A stretch of 64,000 bases of DNA from Alphaproteobacteria bacterium (GCA_017615655.1 JAFZZS010000005.1:1683-65682); one strand, 5' to 3'. Positions 19,457 through 29,144 are shown, counted from the stretch's first letter. The notes: generated from the sequence alone by a model not told the origin. A program made the numbers and translations.

Positions 19457-22400
19457 ATGTCGAAGAAAATATATACCGAAACAGAATTACAGAATATTAT
19501 CGATTTGTATGCCCAAGGGGACGATACGCGTGACCAAGCAATCGCGATGGGAAACCAGTTTTTGACTGATTTTGCCAAAGGAGAAGCTGACATTGAAGAA
19601 TCTGCATATATAGAAAGTGATATATTTGAGAGAATTCTTAACATATTCGGTACAGAAGAAAATGGGGCGGGTGATGATGTTATAAATCAATTGGGAGCCC
19701 AGGCATTGGCGCAATACGAAAAAAATATTTCTGAACTAAATAATGTATCAAACGCAGTCGATGAAAATCGTATTTACCAACTAACATCTGATCAGAATCA
19801 AATAAAGTTTGATTTGGTTACATTAGAAATCTATCGTGAAATGGGACTGGTTGATGCATCAGTTGACCCAAGCAATATGACACCCAACGAGGTAGCAAAG
19901 TTAATAGATTCAATTAATTTAACAGAGGAAAAACATAAAGAATATTCTAATAAATTTATCGATACTATTATTGGTGATTCTGAGTTATTTGAATTGACAC
20001 CACCAAAGATACTAACCGATGCATACATATTTGCACGCGAACAATTACAAACGAACCCAAATGACAAAGATTTTGTAAAACGGTTTGACACACTTGCTAG
20101 ACGTATAGATAGCCTTATTACGAATTTCCATGCAAAGATTAACTATTTCTATTCCGACCCATCAAACATTGCTGATGTTTGGGCTGGGTATCGTAAAATG
20201 TGCGATGTACGCACTGCTGACCTTAGAATTACTGAAAAAGATAACGAAGCTACAAAAAAATATAAACAGGATATCGCAGAAGCTGCTCAAGAAACCATAA
20301 CGCAATTACAAGAAATTGTGTCTATGTATTCATATATGTGGAATTTAAAAGATCTGAAACCCGAAGATGCGGAAAAACTTGAACAAAGATGGAAACAAAT
20401 TTCAAAATCATTGAAAGGAATTGAATTAACCGATGAACTTCTTTTTGTATTGTCGAACTATAAGTTTTTAGACGAAGACGGCAACCCAATGCCCCAATTC
20501 ATAGATGAAAATGGCGACCCAAAACTTGAATTTAAACCCGGATATAAACTAAATCCCACAGGGCGACTTAGCCGGATAATATCATTGGCAAAAAATGATG
20601 TTACAATGATGAACGTCGGTGATTTGGATAAAGAGATAAATAATATAAGTTTAACTGATGCATTGTTTGATCGTGTTCCATGGAAAATCGCCGAAATATC
20701 TGTCGCAGATCAAGTAATCCAGGGAATTGAAAAAAATCCGCATAAATTATTAACCGAAGAAGAAGTAAATGATTTTTGGGAAACAATCCAGCATGACGGT
20801 GGCAGTATTACTGATGCCGGATACCAGGCTGCTTTGGATGCCCAGGTTAATCAAGCCGCGGGCTTTGCGGGAATGATGGCGCAACGCATTGGTAATGACA
20901 AACCGATTGTCATGCGACCATTTGATGCTGTTCAAGATATTGATAAATTGGCTGCAACCAGATCGGAAAAAATCGGCGCAGGTGAACGTAAACGTAAAAT
21001 TGGCTTTTTTAAACGTATGGCAAAAAACTTTGGTGCCGCCGCAGTTATGTCAGCTGGTCTTACATTTATTGGCAAAGCAACTGGTGTTGCATATGCAGGC
21101 GCAGCAGTTGGAACCGCACTTGGTATCGGCAATATGGTCGTTCAAGGATTCAAATGGCGTAAAGAACAAAAAAAGGCCGGCAAACCACACGGATTACGCG
21201 CGTTCTTTAAAGATAAACGCAACTGGGGACCCGCAATCGCATCTGGTTTGGGTGTTGCAGCAGTAATCAGTATGGCAACTGGTAATCCTGAATTAGCGGC
21301 TGGATTTGGAATCGGTGCAATGGCTGTAGGTGGTGGTTCCGCAGCGAAAATGACTTACGATGATGCATTGAACGCCGGTTATACAAAAGGACAAGCATTG
21401 GCGGGTGCACTTGGTGTTGCAGGTGCAACTATTGTCGGTGGCTTATGTGGCCGTGCCGCAATGAACGGTGTTGTTAACTATGTCAATACCCACACAGACA
21501 GCACCCTATTCCAAACAGAGCACACGGTAACAAATGTACACGAAACCACACAAAACACATATCCAGATGGATGGATTGAGGGCAATGAACACACATTGGC
21601 CCAATGGGAATCGCCTCAAATGTTAGACGCACATCTTAATGGGTTGATGGATGCGGGTCTATCACACGATGATGCGGTTCGATATTTGCTCGCGTGGCAT
21701 GATGTAACCGACCATAATTTGGGTGGCGGTTATTTTGACAGTATAGGTATGAGTTACAGTGATGTAGCCGCATTACGTGGTTCCATAGACGGCACCATGA
21801 TAAACCTTAACCCAGAATCTATGGCGGCATTTAACCATTTTAATGATTATATATCCGGATCAAATACTGTCAGATACCCCGTAGGTTTGTTCGAACCGTA
21901 TAATACCCCTGTTAGTCATGTTCTTCCACCTAATGCAACATGGGATGCAAATGGTATGTTGGTTCCTGGGCATGACGTTTATTCAACATGGGTCAATTGG
22001 GGTGGCGAAGGTGTCCAACATATTCCTGTTATCACCACAGATGTATACAGCATATTTACACCTAATGAACTAGCGTTTCCTGCAGGCATTGGTACTGTAG
22101 GAATTTATGAACCCAGAGTTCTGCCTAAAGATTACTTACCGCGTATGCGCGAACGTGCAGGTGCATTGGCTGATCGTGCAGAAAAGGTATCCGGTAATAC
22201 ACGCAATGATGGCGGGCATAACAATAATGATGAACACGGCAACACCAACAATAATGGAAATACCGGACATACACAACCAACAGAAACCACTAACGATGAA
22301 AACAATGGCGCTGTAACACAAACCGGGGAAAATACTAGTGGCACTAACACAGAAAATAACAGTGATACAGGAAGCACTGGGAATGGTGGCACAGTAACCC

Positions 22401-23329
22401 CAACTGGTACAAATTCCACGAACACCGAAAACGGTGCTAATACTGGTGGCAATTCACCAAAACAACAGCGTGGTTTCTTTGGAAAAATGAAAGATTTCAC
22501 CTACAAGGTGTTACAGACTGGATATCACGGATTACAAAAAATACAAAAAGGAGTACATAATATGAAAACAGAAAAAATAAAAGCTAAACACGAGCGTGAA
22601 CTTGAAGATATAAAAGGTAAAAACCGCGAAGCATCTGAACGCGCAAAAGGTATTAAGGCCCAAAAGAAAGCATATGACGGTATATCTATTGATGAAATAG
22701 ACGAACTATCATTAAAAGATGCCGCCGCAATTGCAGGTTTAAACAAAAGATTAAAAAAACGTTTGGGCGAAAAACGTTTAAGACTCTCTGCCGCACTGGA
22801 TCGCGAAGACCTTAAACAAAGACATGATATTCAACAAAAATTAAATGAACGATTGGCAGAATTGGATAAATTAGCGGCTGAATTAGAAACTTTTGATGCT
22901 ATGGGTGGCGAAGAAGCAATGGAAAAACGTGCCCGTATGGCAGAGTTAGAAGCCAAAGTCAAAAAGATAGAAACACAAGCAGAAATTGATTTAGAAGTTG
23001 CCCGCGCCGAAGGTAGAAACAAGGTTAAAGATGCACGCGCTGATGGTCGTACATCACGCCTTAGAAAATTCGGTCAAGCATTGGCGGCACTTCGTCATGG
23101 GCGTCATGATGTAACCGAGGATGATATCAAATCTGCAGCCAATGCCATAAAACTTGCCAAGAAAGAACTTGCAGCAGCAAAAACCAATTCAGCAAAGAAA
23201 ATCTGGCAAGAAGCGGCGGATAACCTGGCCAAGACAATGGCTAATCATACATATACCGAAGAACAAAGGACACAAATTGCGGAATATATTGTCGCCGAAG
23301 CTCAACGTCAGATGCAAAACGTAAAATAA
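19457..23329 (+). CDS. large orphan protein with Gly/Ala-rich hydrophobic segments, Asn/Thr/Gly linker and C-terminal coiled coil
   Basis: 1290-aa ORF with AAGGA RBS; no signal peptide. Confidence 0.75.
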   Translation: MSKKIYTETELQNIIDLYAQGDDTRDQAIAMGNQFLTDFAKGEADIEESAYIESDIFERILNIFGTEENGAGDDVINQLGAQALAQYEKNISELNNVSNAVDENRIYQLTSDQNQIKFDLVTLEIYREMGLVDASVDPSNMTPNEVAKLIDSINLTEEKHKEYSNKFIDTIIGDSELFELTPPKILTDAYIFAREQLQTNPNDKDFVKRFDTLARRIDSLITNFHAKINYFYSDPSNIADVWAGYRKMCDVRTADLRITEKDNEATKKYKQDIAEAAQETITQLQEIVSMYSYMWNLKDLKPEDAEKLEQRWKQISKSLKGIELTDELLFVLSNYKFLDEDGNPMPQFIDENGDPKLEFKPGYKLNPTGRLSRIISLAKNDVTMMNVGDLDKEINNISLTDALFDRVPWKIAEISVADQVIQGIEKNPHKLLTEEEVNDFWETIQHDGGSITDAGYQAALDAQVNQAAGFAGMMAQRIGNDKPIVMRPFDAVQDIDKLAATRSEKIGAGERKRKIGFFKRMAKNFGAAAVMSAGLTFIGKATGVAYAGAAVGTALGIGNMVVQGFKWRKEQKKAGKPHGLRAFFKDKRNWGPAIASGLGVAAVISMATGNPELAAGFGIGAMAVGGGSAAKMTYDDALNAGYTKGQALAGALGVAGATIVGGLCGRAAMNGVVNYVNTHTDSTLFQTEHTVTNVHETTQNTYPDGWIEGNEHTLAQWESPQMLDAHLNGLMDAGLSHDDAVRYLLAWHDVTDHNLGGGYFDSIGMSYSDVAALRGSIDGTMINLNPESMAAFNHFNDYISGSNTVRYPVGLFEPYNTPVSHVLPPNATWDANGMLVPGHDVYSTWVNWGGEGVQHIPVITTDVYSIFTPNELAFPAGIGTVGIYEPRVLPKDYLPRMRERAGALADRAEKVSGNTRNDGGHNNNDEHGNTNNNGNTGHTQPTETTNDENNGAVTQTGENTSGTNTENNSDTGSTGNGGTVTPTGTNSTNTENGANTGGNSPKQQRGFFGKMKDFTYKVLQTGYHGLQKIQKGVHNMKTEKIKAKHERELEDIKGKNREASERAKGIKAQKKAYDGISIDEIDELSLKDAAAIAGLNKRLKKRLGEKRLRLSAALDREDLKQRHDIQQKLNERLAELDKLAAELETFDAMGGEEAMEKRARMAELEAKVKKIETQAEIDLEVARAEGRNKVKDARADGRTSRLRKFGQALAALRHGRHDVTEDDIKSAANAIKLAKKELAAAKTNSAKKIWQEAADNLAKTMANHTYTEEQRTQIAEYIVAEAQRQMQNVK

Positions 23330-23345
23330 TGATACACAAAATAAT

Positions 23346-23374
23346 AAAAAGGCCTGTTCACCAGGCCTTTTTTA
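23346..23374 (+). terminator. intrinsic terminator
   Basis: AAAAAGGCCTG-TTCAC-CAGGCCTTTTTT. Confidence 0.85.
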
Positions 23375-23407
23375 TTAGAATAACCCCCGAATAAATCGGG
23401 GTTGAAT

Positions 23408-23584
23408 TTTTGGTAGCGGCGAAGGGATTGTATATTCCCACTCATTTCATTCGTGGGCCCCTTTCCAAATCGCGACGGTTTCGCCATGCTACGCTTGCAA
23501 AACCTGCTATTTTGTCGGACCCAGGGTCCTTATCTTTCGCGACTATACCAAAATAAAAAACGACCCGATGGGTCGTTTGCTATT
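23408..23584. repeat. tRNA-Met 3'-end-derived composite repeat
   Basis: Direct copy TGGTAGCGGCGAAGGGATT (23411-23429) resumes as CGGACCC at 23516 after a hairpin-rich insert. An inverted degenerate copy (23523-23550) and hairpin CGACCC-GAT-GGGTCG follow. Confidence 0.65.
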
Positions 23585-23630
23585 TTGGTAGCGGCGAAGG
23601 GATTCGGACCCCTGACCAAAGGATTATGAT
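23585..23630 (-). repeat. att site: duplicated 3' half of tRNA-Met
   Basis: 46-bp exact direct repeat of 27029-27074. Confidence 0.93.
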
Positions 23631-23704
23631 AAGTTTGAGTCAAAAAGCAAATAACGCAGATTCCTGCGGCTTACAGCGATTTTTTAACCCATCAAATTTT
23701 TCTC

Positions 23705-23721
23705 TGTGTAGAGAATGTGTA
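23705..23721 (+). promoter_or_regulatory. putative integrase arm-type sites (left)
   Basis: TGTGTA twice at 11-bp spacing; same motif near the other att site. Confidence 0.55.
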
Positions 23722-23917
23722 CACTAAAAATTTCAACCAAAACAATATGCATTTATAACCAAAACCACTTAGTTCCTACTTTCCACGAAAAACCATTTCG
23801 GACAAAAAACAATGTCAAAAAAACTTAACACAATTGACAATTTTGGGATGTTATAGGACTGACAATACAGAAATCCTTTTTTATTATTTTTTTGTAACCA
23901 AACAAAAAGGATAAAAT

Positions 23918-25339
23918 ATGGATGATAAATTTATATCCCCACAACAATTATCAGAATATCTGGGAATGCCTTATTCCGCACTGACTCAACACAGAAAAAA
24001 AGGAACAGGTCCAAAATATTTTAAGATAGGTCATCTTATACGTTACAGAATGTCTGATATAGAAAATTGGGTCCAAGAACGCAAAGAAGCCCACATTGAA
24101 TATAAAAAGAGTCAAAAAACGACTACACACTGGAAATGTTATAAAAGAACTCTTGATGAATCATGGATTAAATCATTAAAGTCTGATGTAAACTTATGTA
24201 TTACTGATGCATACATACCAGGTTTACAGATGCGATTTTATCATGATAGTGGTCACATATCTTTTTATCTGGCTTATACGGCTAAAAACACCAGAATACA
24301 ACGAAACCTATTTCTTGGAAAACATTGTGATTTTAAACTAGAAGAAATACGCAGAAGGGCGATGAATTTTCGTCAACAAGTATCAGACGGCAAAGATCCT
24401 TTTATGGACATTATCATAGAACGAGAAAAACAGGCAGAAGAATATAGAAAAAGAATAAAAATATCAAAACTGTTGGACTTATACTTTCAAAAACATTGCA
24501 TGGTTTACAAAAAACCAAATACACAAAGATCTGACAGTTTCATAATTAAATACATAAAATCAATATTGGGCAACCTATACATAACAGAATTGGATTTGCC
24601 AAAGTTGATAGATTTTTATCAACGAAAAGCAGCACAAACATCTTTTTCAACAGCAAACCATTATATCGCACTGATTTCAAATTTCTGGAATTGGTGTGAA
24701 ACATATAACTATCTGCCATTAAACAGCAACCCTTGTCGCAAGATACCAAAAGGCAAAAATAAGAAGACACCAGTAAAGCCATTAACATTGGACGAATACA
24801 AGCGACTATTACAAGCAATTGAAGATGGCTTTATATATTCGCCATATCATCCAAGAATGTTTCGAGCATTAAAAGTGTTAATGTTAACAGGTTGCCGGAC
24901 AACCGAAATAACAAAACTAAAAAAAGCAAATGTGGATTTAGAAAACGGATTCATATATTTGACCGAAAGCAAGAACAATGAAGAAAAACATCCACTGGGC
25001 CAACCCGCGATAAACGAATTACGAATTGCTTTGCAAGAGGCACCAAATGACAGCGAATACGTATTCCCCGCTACACGTAGCGGGCCAAACACATTGTTAG
25101 ATTTACGCAAGGCACACAGATGGGCGTTGGAACGTGCCAGACTTCCACAGATGCGCAAACACGATTATAGACATTCGTTTGTTAGTATAGGAACAGATAC
25201 ACTGGGAATGCCGATACAGACAGTATCTAAAACCATAGGACATGCGGACATAGCAACAACGGCTATATATTCACACATTTCGGACAAAACAAGATTGGAA
25301 ACAGCAAACCGGATTGCGCTGGCAATAACCGGACAATAG
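23918..25339 (+). CDS. tyrosine integrase with N-terminal excisionase-like HTH and arm-binding domain
   Basis: HTH ISPQQLSEYLG...GPKYFKIG..IRY...DIENW; arm domain D..IPGL..R; catalytic TGCR, SKN, HDYRH, IGHAD...TAIYSH. Confidence 0.92.
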   Translation: MDDKFISPQQLSEYLGMPYSALTQHRKKGTGPKYFKIGHLIRYRMSDIENWVQERKEAHIEYKKSQKTTTHWKCYKRTLDESWIKSLKSDVNLCITDAYIPGLQMRFYHDSGHISFYLAYTAKNTRIQRNLFLGKHCDFKLEEIRRRAMNFRQQVSDGKDPFMDIIIEREKQAEEYRKRIKISKLLDLYFQKHCMVYKKPNTQRSDSFIIKYIKSILGNLYITELDLPKLIDFYQRKAAQTSFSTANHYIALISNFWNWCETYNYLPLNSNPCRKIPKGKNKKTPVKPLTLDEYKRLLQAIEDGFIYSPYHPRMFRALKVLMLTGCRTTEITKLKKANVDLENGFIYLTESKNNEEKHPLGQPAINELRIALQEAPNDSEYVFPATRSGPNTLLDLRKAHRWALERARLPQMRKHDYRHSFVSIGTDTLGMPIQTVSKTIGHADIATTAIYSHISDKTRLETANRIALAITGQ

Positions 25340-25351
25340 TTTTTTATACAT

Positions 25352-25392
25352 AAAATATGTGCCGGTATCACCCCGCCCGGCACATATTTTTT
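25352..25392 (+). terminator. terminator hairpin after integrase
   Basis: AAAATATGTGCCGG...CCGGCACATATTTTTT. Confidence 0.8.
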
Positions 25393-25481
25393 AACTGCAT
25401 TTTTTGTTATCACAAATTTAAAACTTTATTGAAAAAAATCCGTATTTTTGCTACGTTATTTGTAACAAAAGGACCGATTCG

Positions 25482-26186
25482 ATGAGTAATGTTATAAATA
25501 TTTATTGTGATGAATCTTGTCATCTGGAAAAAGACAAATCCCCCGTTATGGTTTTGGGAAGTGTTTGGGCACCACACAACAAAATTAAAACAATAACTTC
25601 GGAAATAAGAGATATAAAAGAAAAACATGGTTTTTCTAGAAATTTTGAATTCAAGTGGACCCAAATATCCCCAGCAAAAATGGATTTTTACTTAGATATT
25701 GTAAAATACTTTTTTGAAAACCCTTGTTTGCATTTTAGAGCGATTGTCGCTTATAAAGACAAAATGTACTATGATAAGTACGATTTTGAAGAAATGTATT
25801 ACATCATATATTATTATTTATTGGTAAATATAATATCTAAAGATTCAACACACAATATATACATAGATATAAAGTCCAAGAAGAGAGGCGGAATAAAATC
25901 ATGTGAATTGCATAGAGTTTTGTCTAGAAAGATGCACGATTTTAGTTTCAGCAAAATAATAAAACGCTTACAAATAATAGATTCTAAAGAAAGCGAATTA
26001 TTACAATTAGCAGATTTGTTTTCTGGCGCATTGGCGTATTTAAACAGGAAATTACCGTCAGATTCTGCCAAGGGCAAAATTGTTAAAAGTATAAGTGCTA
26101 TTTCGGGAACCAATTTAAAAATAAACACACTTCCAAGCGAAAAGAAGTTTAACGTTTTATACTGGAAAGGTAAAGACAATGTGTGA
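25482..26186 (+). CDS. DUF3800 family protein (RNase H-like fold)
   Basis: N-terminal IYCDESCHLE, EFKW, and C-terminal LLQLADLFSGA are DUF3800 signatures. Confidence 0.88.
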   Translation: MSNVINIYCDESCHLEKDKSPVMVLGSVWAPHNKIKTITSEIRDIKEKHGFSRNFEFKWTQISPAKMDFYLDIVKYFFENPCLHFRAIVAYKDKMYYDKYDFEEMYYIIYYYLLVNIISKDSTHNIYIDIKSKKRGGIKSCELHRVLSRKMHDFSFSKIIKRLQIIDSKESELLQLADLFSGALAYLNRKLPSDSAKGKIVKSISAISGTNLKINTLPSEKKFNVLYWKGKDNV

Positions 26187-26658
26187 CGTTAATACCATTA
26201 GATTGGAAGATTTTGGTGGCAATTTTGATGGTTTTGTAGAGGCTTGCTACAAAAGTTATTGTGGTTTATGGAAAAACAACCCGATTTTCAACAGCAAACA
26301 AATCGTTCGAGACAAGACACAAGCAGCAAGAGGTTTTGAAAAAACTTTTTGGGGAATTGTTGACGGACATGATAATTGCAAAACTTATGATTCTTTGATG
26401 AGATACAAACGAATTCCTGTCTTAAACATCATACTGGGCGACGATCGTTTTAGCCCGAATTTAGAAAACTCAGATATAAAATGGTTTGTGTTTGATCGAA
26501 AAATTAGACTATTTTCTGAGGCGAATATGTATGAAATAGTTTTAAAAGAAATGCGAAAAGCGGTGTTTTTAGTGACAGCATTCCCAATAGATGAAAAGCG
26601 ACTAAACACAGATAAAAAACTTTGGAAAACATATTGGAAAATGAAAACAGGTTTCTAA
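26179..26658 (+). CDS. DUF3800-partner protein (recalled resemblance to 'phage P1-related' RlfB-like proteins)
   Basis: Overlaps DUF3800 stop; LEDFGGN, E.TFW, R..RI, Y.IVL, FLVTAFP motifs. Family assignment is from memory and unverified. Confidence 0.65.
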   Translation: MCDVNTIRLEDFGGNFDGFVEACYKSYCGLWKNNPIFNSKQIVRDKTQAARGFEKTFWGIVDGHDNCKTYDSLMRYKRIPVLNIILGDDRFSPNLENSDIKWFVFDRKIRLFSEANMYEIVLKEMRKAVFLVTAFPIDEKRLNTDKKLWKTYWKMKTGF

Positions 26659-26733
26659 AAAGACCAAGACCGCCAAGGGCTATTTCACCTCGACGGCCAG
26701 GTATTCTATTTGACCCAATGGCCAATGAACTTA
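26657..26733 (-). ncRNA. putative structured small RNA convergent with the DUF3800 operon
   Basis: GC-rich patch; minus strand folds an 11-bp stem GGCCGUCGAGG/CCUUGGCGGUC (3 G-U pairs), plus GGGU/ACCU and GGCCA/UGGUC. Ends in a U-run; TTGACT lies upstream. Confidence 0.6.
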
Positions 26734-26918
26734 TTTTTATATTGACATATTTTTTCAAATAAGTCAAATATTTCTGCAAACTATAATTCGTTGATAATGT
26801 TTTACGAAACTTAATAACCCAAAAAACCAACATAAAAATCAATCATAATTAGAACAATCCTTAAAATTTCTAAACAAAAAAACAATTTGTAATAAGAACT
26901 ATTCTGCACCAAAATCAC

Positions 26919-26957
26919 TGTGTAAATTTCGTGTAAGCGATATGTAAGAACCATGTA
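26919..26957 (+). promoter_or_regulatory. putative integrase arm-type sites (right)
   Basis: TGTGTA, CGTGTA, TATGTA, CATGTA at exact 11-bp periodicity. Confidence 0.6.
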
Positions 26958-27029
26958 AAATTTCAGCTCTGGTGGTAAATTTAGACACAAAATCAGTAAA
27001 ATAAAAAATCCCGGAAATCCGGGAAAACT

Positions 27030-27104
27030 TGGTAGCGGCGAAGGGATTCGGACCCCTGACCAAAGGATTATGATTCCTCTGCTCTACCACTGAGCTACGC
27101 CGCC
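27030..27104 (-). tRNA. tRNA-Met(CAT), probably elongator
   Basis: GGCGGCGTAGCTCAG...GAGGA-ATCATAA-TCCTT...CGCCGCTACCA. Confidence 0.93.
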
Positions 27105-27262
27105 ATATCTAAATTGACCGCATCATTATAACAAACAATTTTTCAATTGCAAGAATTTCCATCACCTTGTATATCGTATATGAATTTATTCTGCTTTTTA
27201 AATATTAAAACAATTAATAATTTATTTGCGAACACGTAAAAAATAAGTTAGAATTACTAACC

Positions 27263-27823
27263 ATGAAAAAAATTATTACGTTTTTGTTTTTAATACTTAC
27301 ACTGCCCGCAACAGCCGAGCAGTCTAAAAATTTCTTTACTGGAACCTATAAAAATCAGCTTTCGTTTTACCTAGGCCAAGGGCTTAACAGTGGTTTCATT
27401 ATTCCACCGCCCACACAATTCGTTCCGTTCTATTTATTAAATATACAGTATTCACAACCAACAACATTCTTTAGGGTGCCGGCACGTCAATCATTGGAAA
27501 TTGGACAAACACTTGGGTTCGCAGATAAGTATGGATGGCATTGGCGTGATTATACTATTCCTATGATATTACTATCTGGCGATGTTTTATTTGGTGAAAT
27601 TTACAATATATACTTTACGGGTGGCGCAGGGGTCGGACTTCAGGCGCAACAGAATGAACGTCTGGGTGCAAAACTGCTATTCCAGTTCAAATTAACGGCT
27701 GGATGGCACATAAACAATAAATGGGGAATGGAATTTTCTATTAAACATTTTTCTAATGCAAACACCGCACCACAAAATTATTCTTATGCATTTTATGGTC
27801 TTGGGGTTACATATAATTTTTAA
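27263..27823 (+). CDS. PagL-like lipid A deacylase / acyloxyacyl hydrolase beta-barrel
   Basis: Signal peptide, LLFQFKL.AG, catalytic-like HFSNA, terminal YNF. Confidence 0.75.
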   Translation: MKKIITFLFLILTLPATAEQSKNFFTGTYKNQLSFYLGQGLNSGFIIPPPTQFVPFYLLNIQYSQPTTFFRVPARQSLEIGQTLGFADKYGWHWRDYTIPMILLSGDVLFGEIYNIYFTGGAGVGLQAQQNERLGAKLLFQFKLTAGWHINNKWGMEFSIKHFSNANTAPQNYSYAFYGLGVTYNF

Positions 27824-27824
27824 T

Positions 27825-28490
27825 TTACCAATCTATCGGTTTTTGACCATGTGATATAAGGTATTCATTCGCTTTTGAAAAGTGGTGACACCCAAAGAAC
27901 CCCCTGTATGCAGACAGTGGTGACGGATGAACACTTTTTAAAATTAGATTTTTTGTTGAATCTACAAATTCTGCTTTTTTCTGAGCATATGATCCCCAAA
28001 GCATATAAACTATCCCTGTTTTTTGCGCAACCGCACGAATAACCGCGTCTGTAAATTGCTCCCAACCATGCCCAGCATGCGATGCTGCTAAATGCGCTGC
28101 AACGGTTAATGTTGAATTTAGCAATAAAACCCCCTGCTCAGCCCACTTTGTTAAATCACCATTTGTTATACTTGGATGGCCAATATCTGTTTCTATTTCC
28201 TTGTAAATATTAATCAATGATGGTGGTGGTGTAACACCATTAGGTACAGAAAAACAAAGCCCATGTGCCTGACCAGGTTCATGATATGGATCTTGCCCTA
28301 TAATAACTACACGTACCGAATCAAATGGACATAAGTTGAAGGCATTAAATATATTTTTCGCCGCAGGATAAATTTTTTTACCCGCCAAATATTCCCCCCG
28401 CACAAAATCGGTTAGTTTAATAAAATAATCTTTATCAAATTCATCTGCAAGCACCTTTTTCCAAGATTCTTCTATTTTTACATCGACCAT
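27825..28490 (-). CDS. ung: uracil-DNA glycosylase
   Basis: GQDPYH, GLCFSV, PPSL.NI, GVLLLN, HPSPLS. Confidence 0.98.
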   Translation of the reverse strand: MVDVKIEESWKKVLADEFDKDYFIKLTDFVRGEYLAGKKIYPAAKNIFNAFNLCPFDSVRVVIIGQDPYHEPGQAHGLCFSVPNGVTPPPSLINIYKEIETDIGHPSITNGDLTKWAEQGVLLLNSTLTVAAHLAASHAGHGWEQFTDAVIRAVAQKTGIVYMLWGSYAQKKAEFVDSTKNLILKSVHPSPLSAYRGFFGCHHFSKANEYLISHGQKPIDW

Positions 28491-28499
28491 TTTATACCC

Positions 28500-29144
28500 C
28501 TATAACTTAACCAATCCAATCTGACAGGATTTCCATAACACCACATCAATATACCCACGTGGCAATTTTGTTTCATGAACCAAATGAGCGAACATATCAT
28601 CACATGCGTTTCTTATTTCATCTGTTAATTTTCCAGATTCATCTATACGCTGTATTCCGGCATATAGCGCACCAAGACGGCGAATCCAAACATCATATTT
28701 TACAACATCAACCCCTAGATTCCGTCCCAAATGATTCGCCGTTATTTTACCAATATGTGGTAATTTAGATAAATATTTCAATTTATCATCATCATTATCG
28801 CATGCGTAAAAACCGCTGCACAAAGTTTTACGATTTTCCCATATATGACAAATTGCAGATATTTTATTTTTATTATGAAACATTTGAAACAACATATTAT
28901 AATCTGCACCATTTTTATAAATATATTCCATAATATTTTTATGAATACGTTTTGCAGTCTTCTGTGAAAAACCGCCAGCAAGAATTACATACGCACACAT
29001 GGTCGCAAATTCATCTGGTGAAAATTTACGTGGATTAGCCAGCATATCACGAATTTCATCAAAAGATTGGGCGTCACTGTCGGCGCCCATTATGCGAATT
29101 TGCTTTTCTAAATCAAAAAACCAATCTGCATCAAACATTGCCAT
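28500..29144 (-). CDS. HhH-GPD-like DNA glycosylase family protein
   Basis: LSKLPHIG.ITA.HL.RNLG.DVVK.DVWI.R and ID.VLW motifs; upstream of ung. Confidence 0.6.
   Translation of the reverse strand: MAMFDADWFFDLEKQIRIMGADSDAQSFDEIRDMLANPRKFSPDEFATMCAYVILAGGFSQKTAKRIHKNIMEYIYKNGADYNMLFQMFHNKNKISAICHIWENRKTLCSGFYACDNDDDKLKYLSKLPHIGKITANHLGRNLGVDVVKYDVWIRRLGALYAGIQRIDESGKLTDEIRNACDDMFAHLVHETKLPRGYIDVVLWKSCQIGLVKL

Larger units (their letters stand above)
23585..27074. mobile_element. 3.5-kb integrative mini-island in tRNA-Met(CAT)
   Basis: Flanked by 46-bp direct repeats; contains a tyrosine integrase and two cargo genes. Confidence 0.9.

Noticed and set aside
22190-22460. Low-complexity AAC/ACT-rich DNA
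   Set aside because: Explained by the Asn/Thr/Gly linker of the 1290-aa protein; not a DNA repeat array.
26899-27090. 63-aa ORF on the minus strand
   Set aside because: Translation artefact of the tRNA-Met gene.
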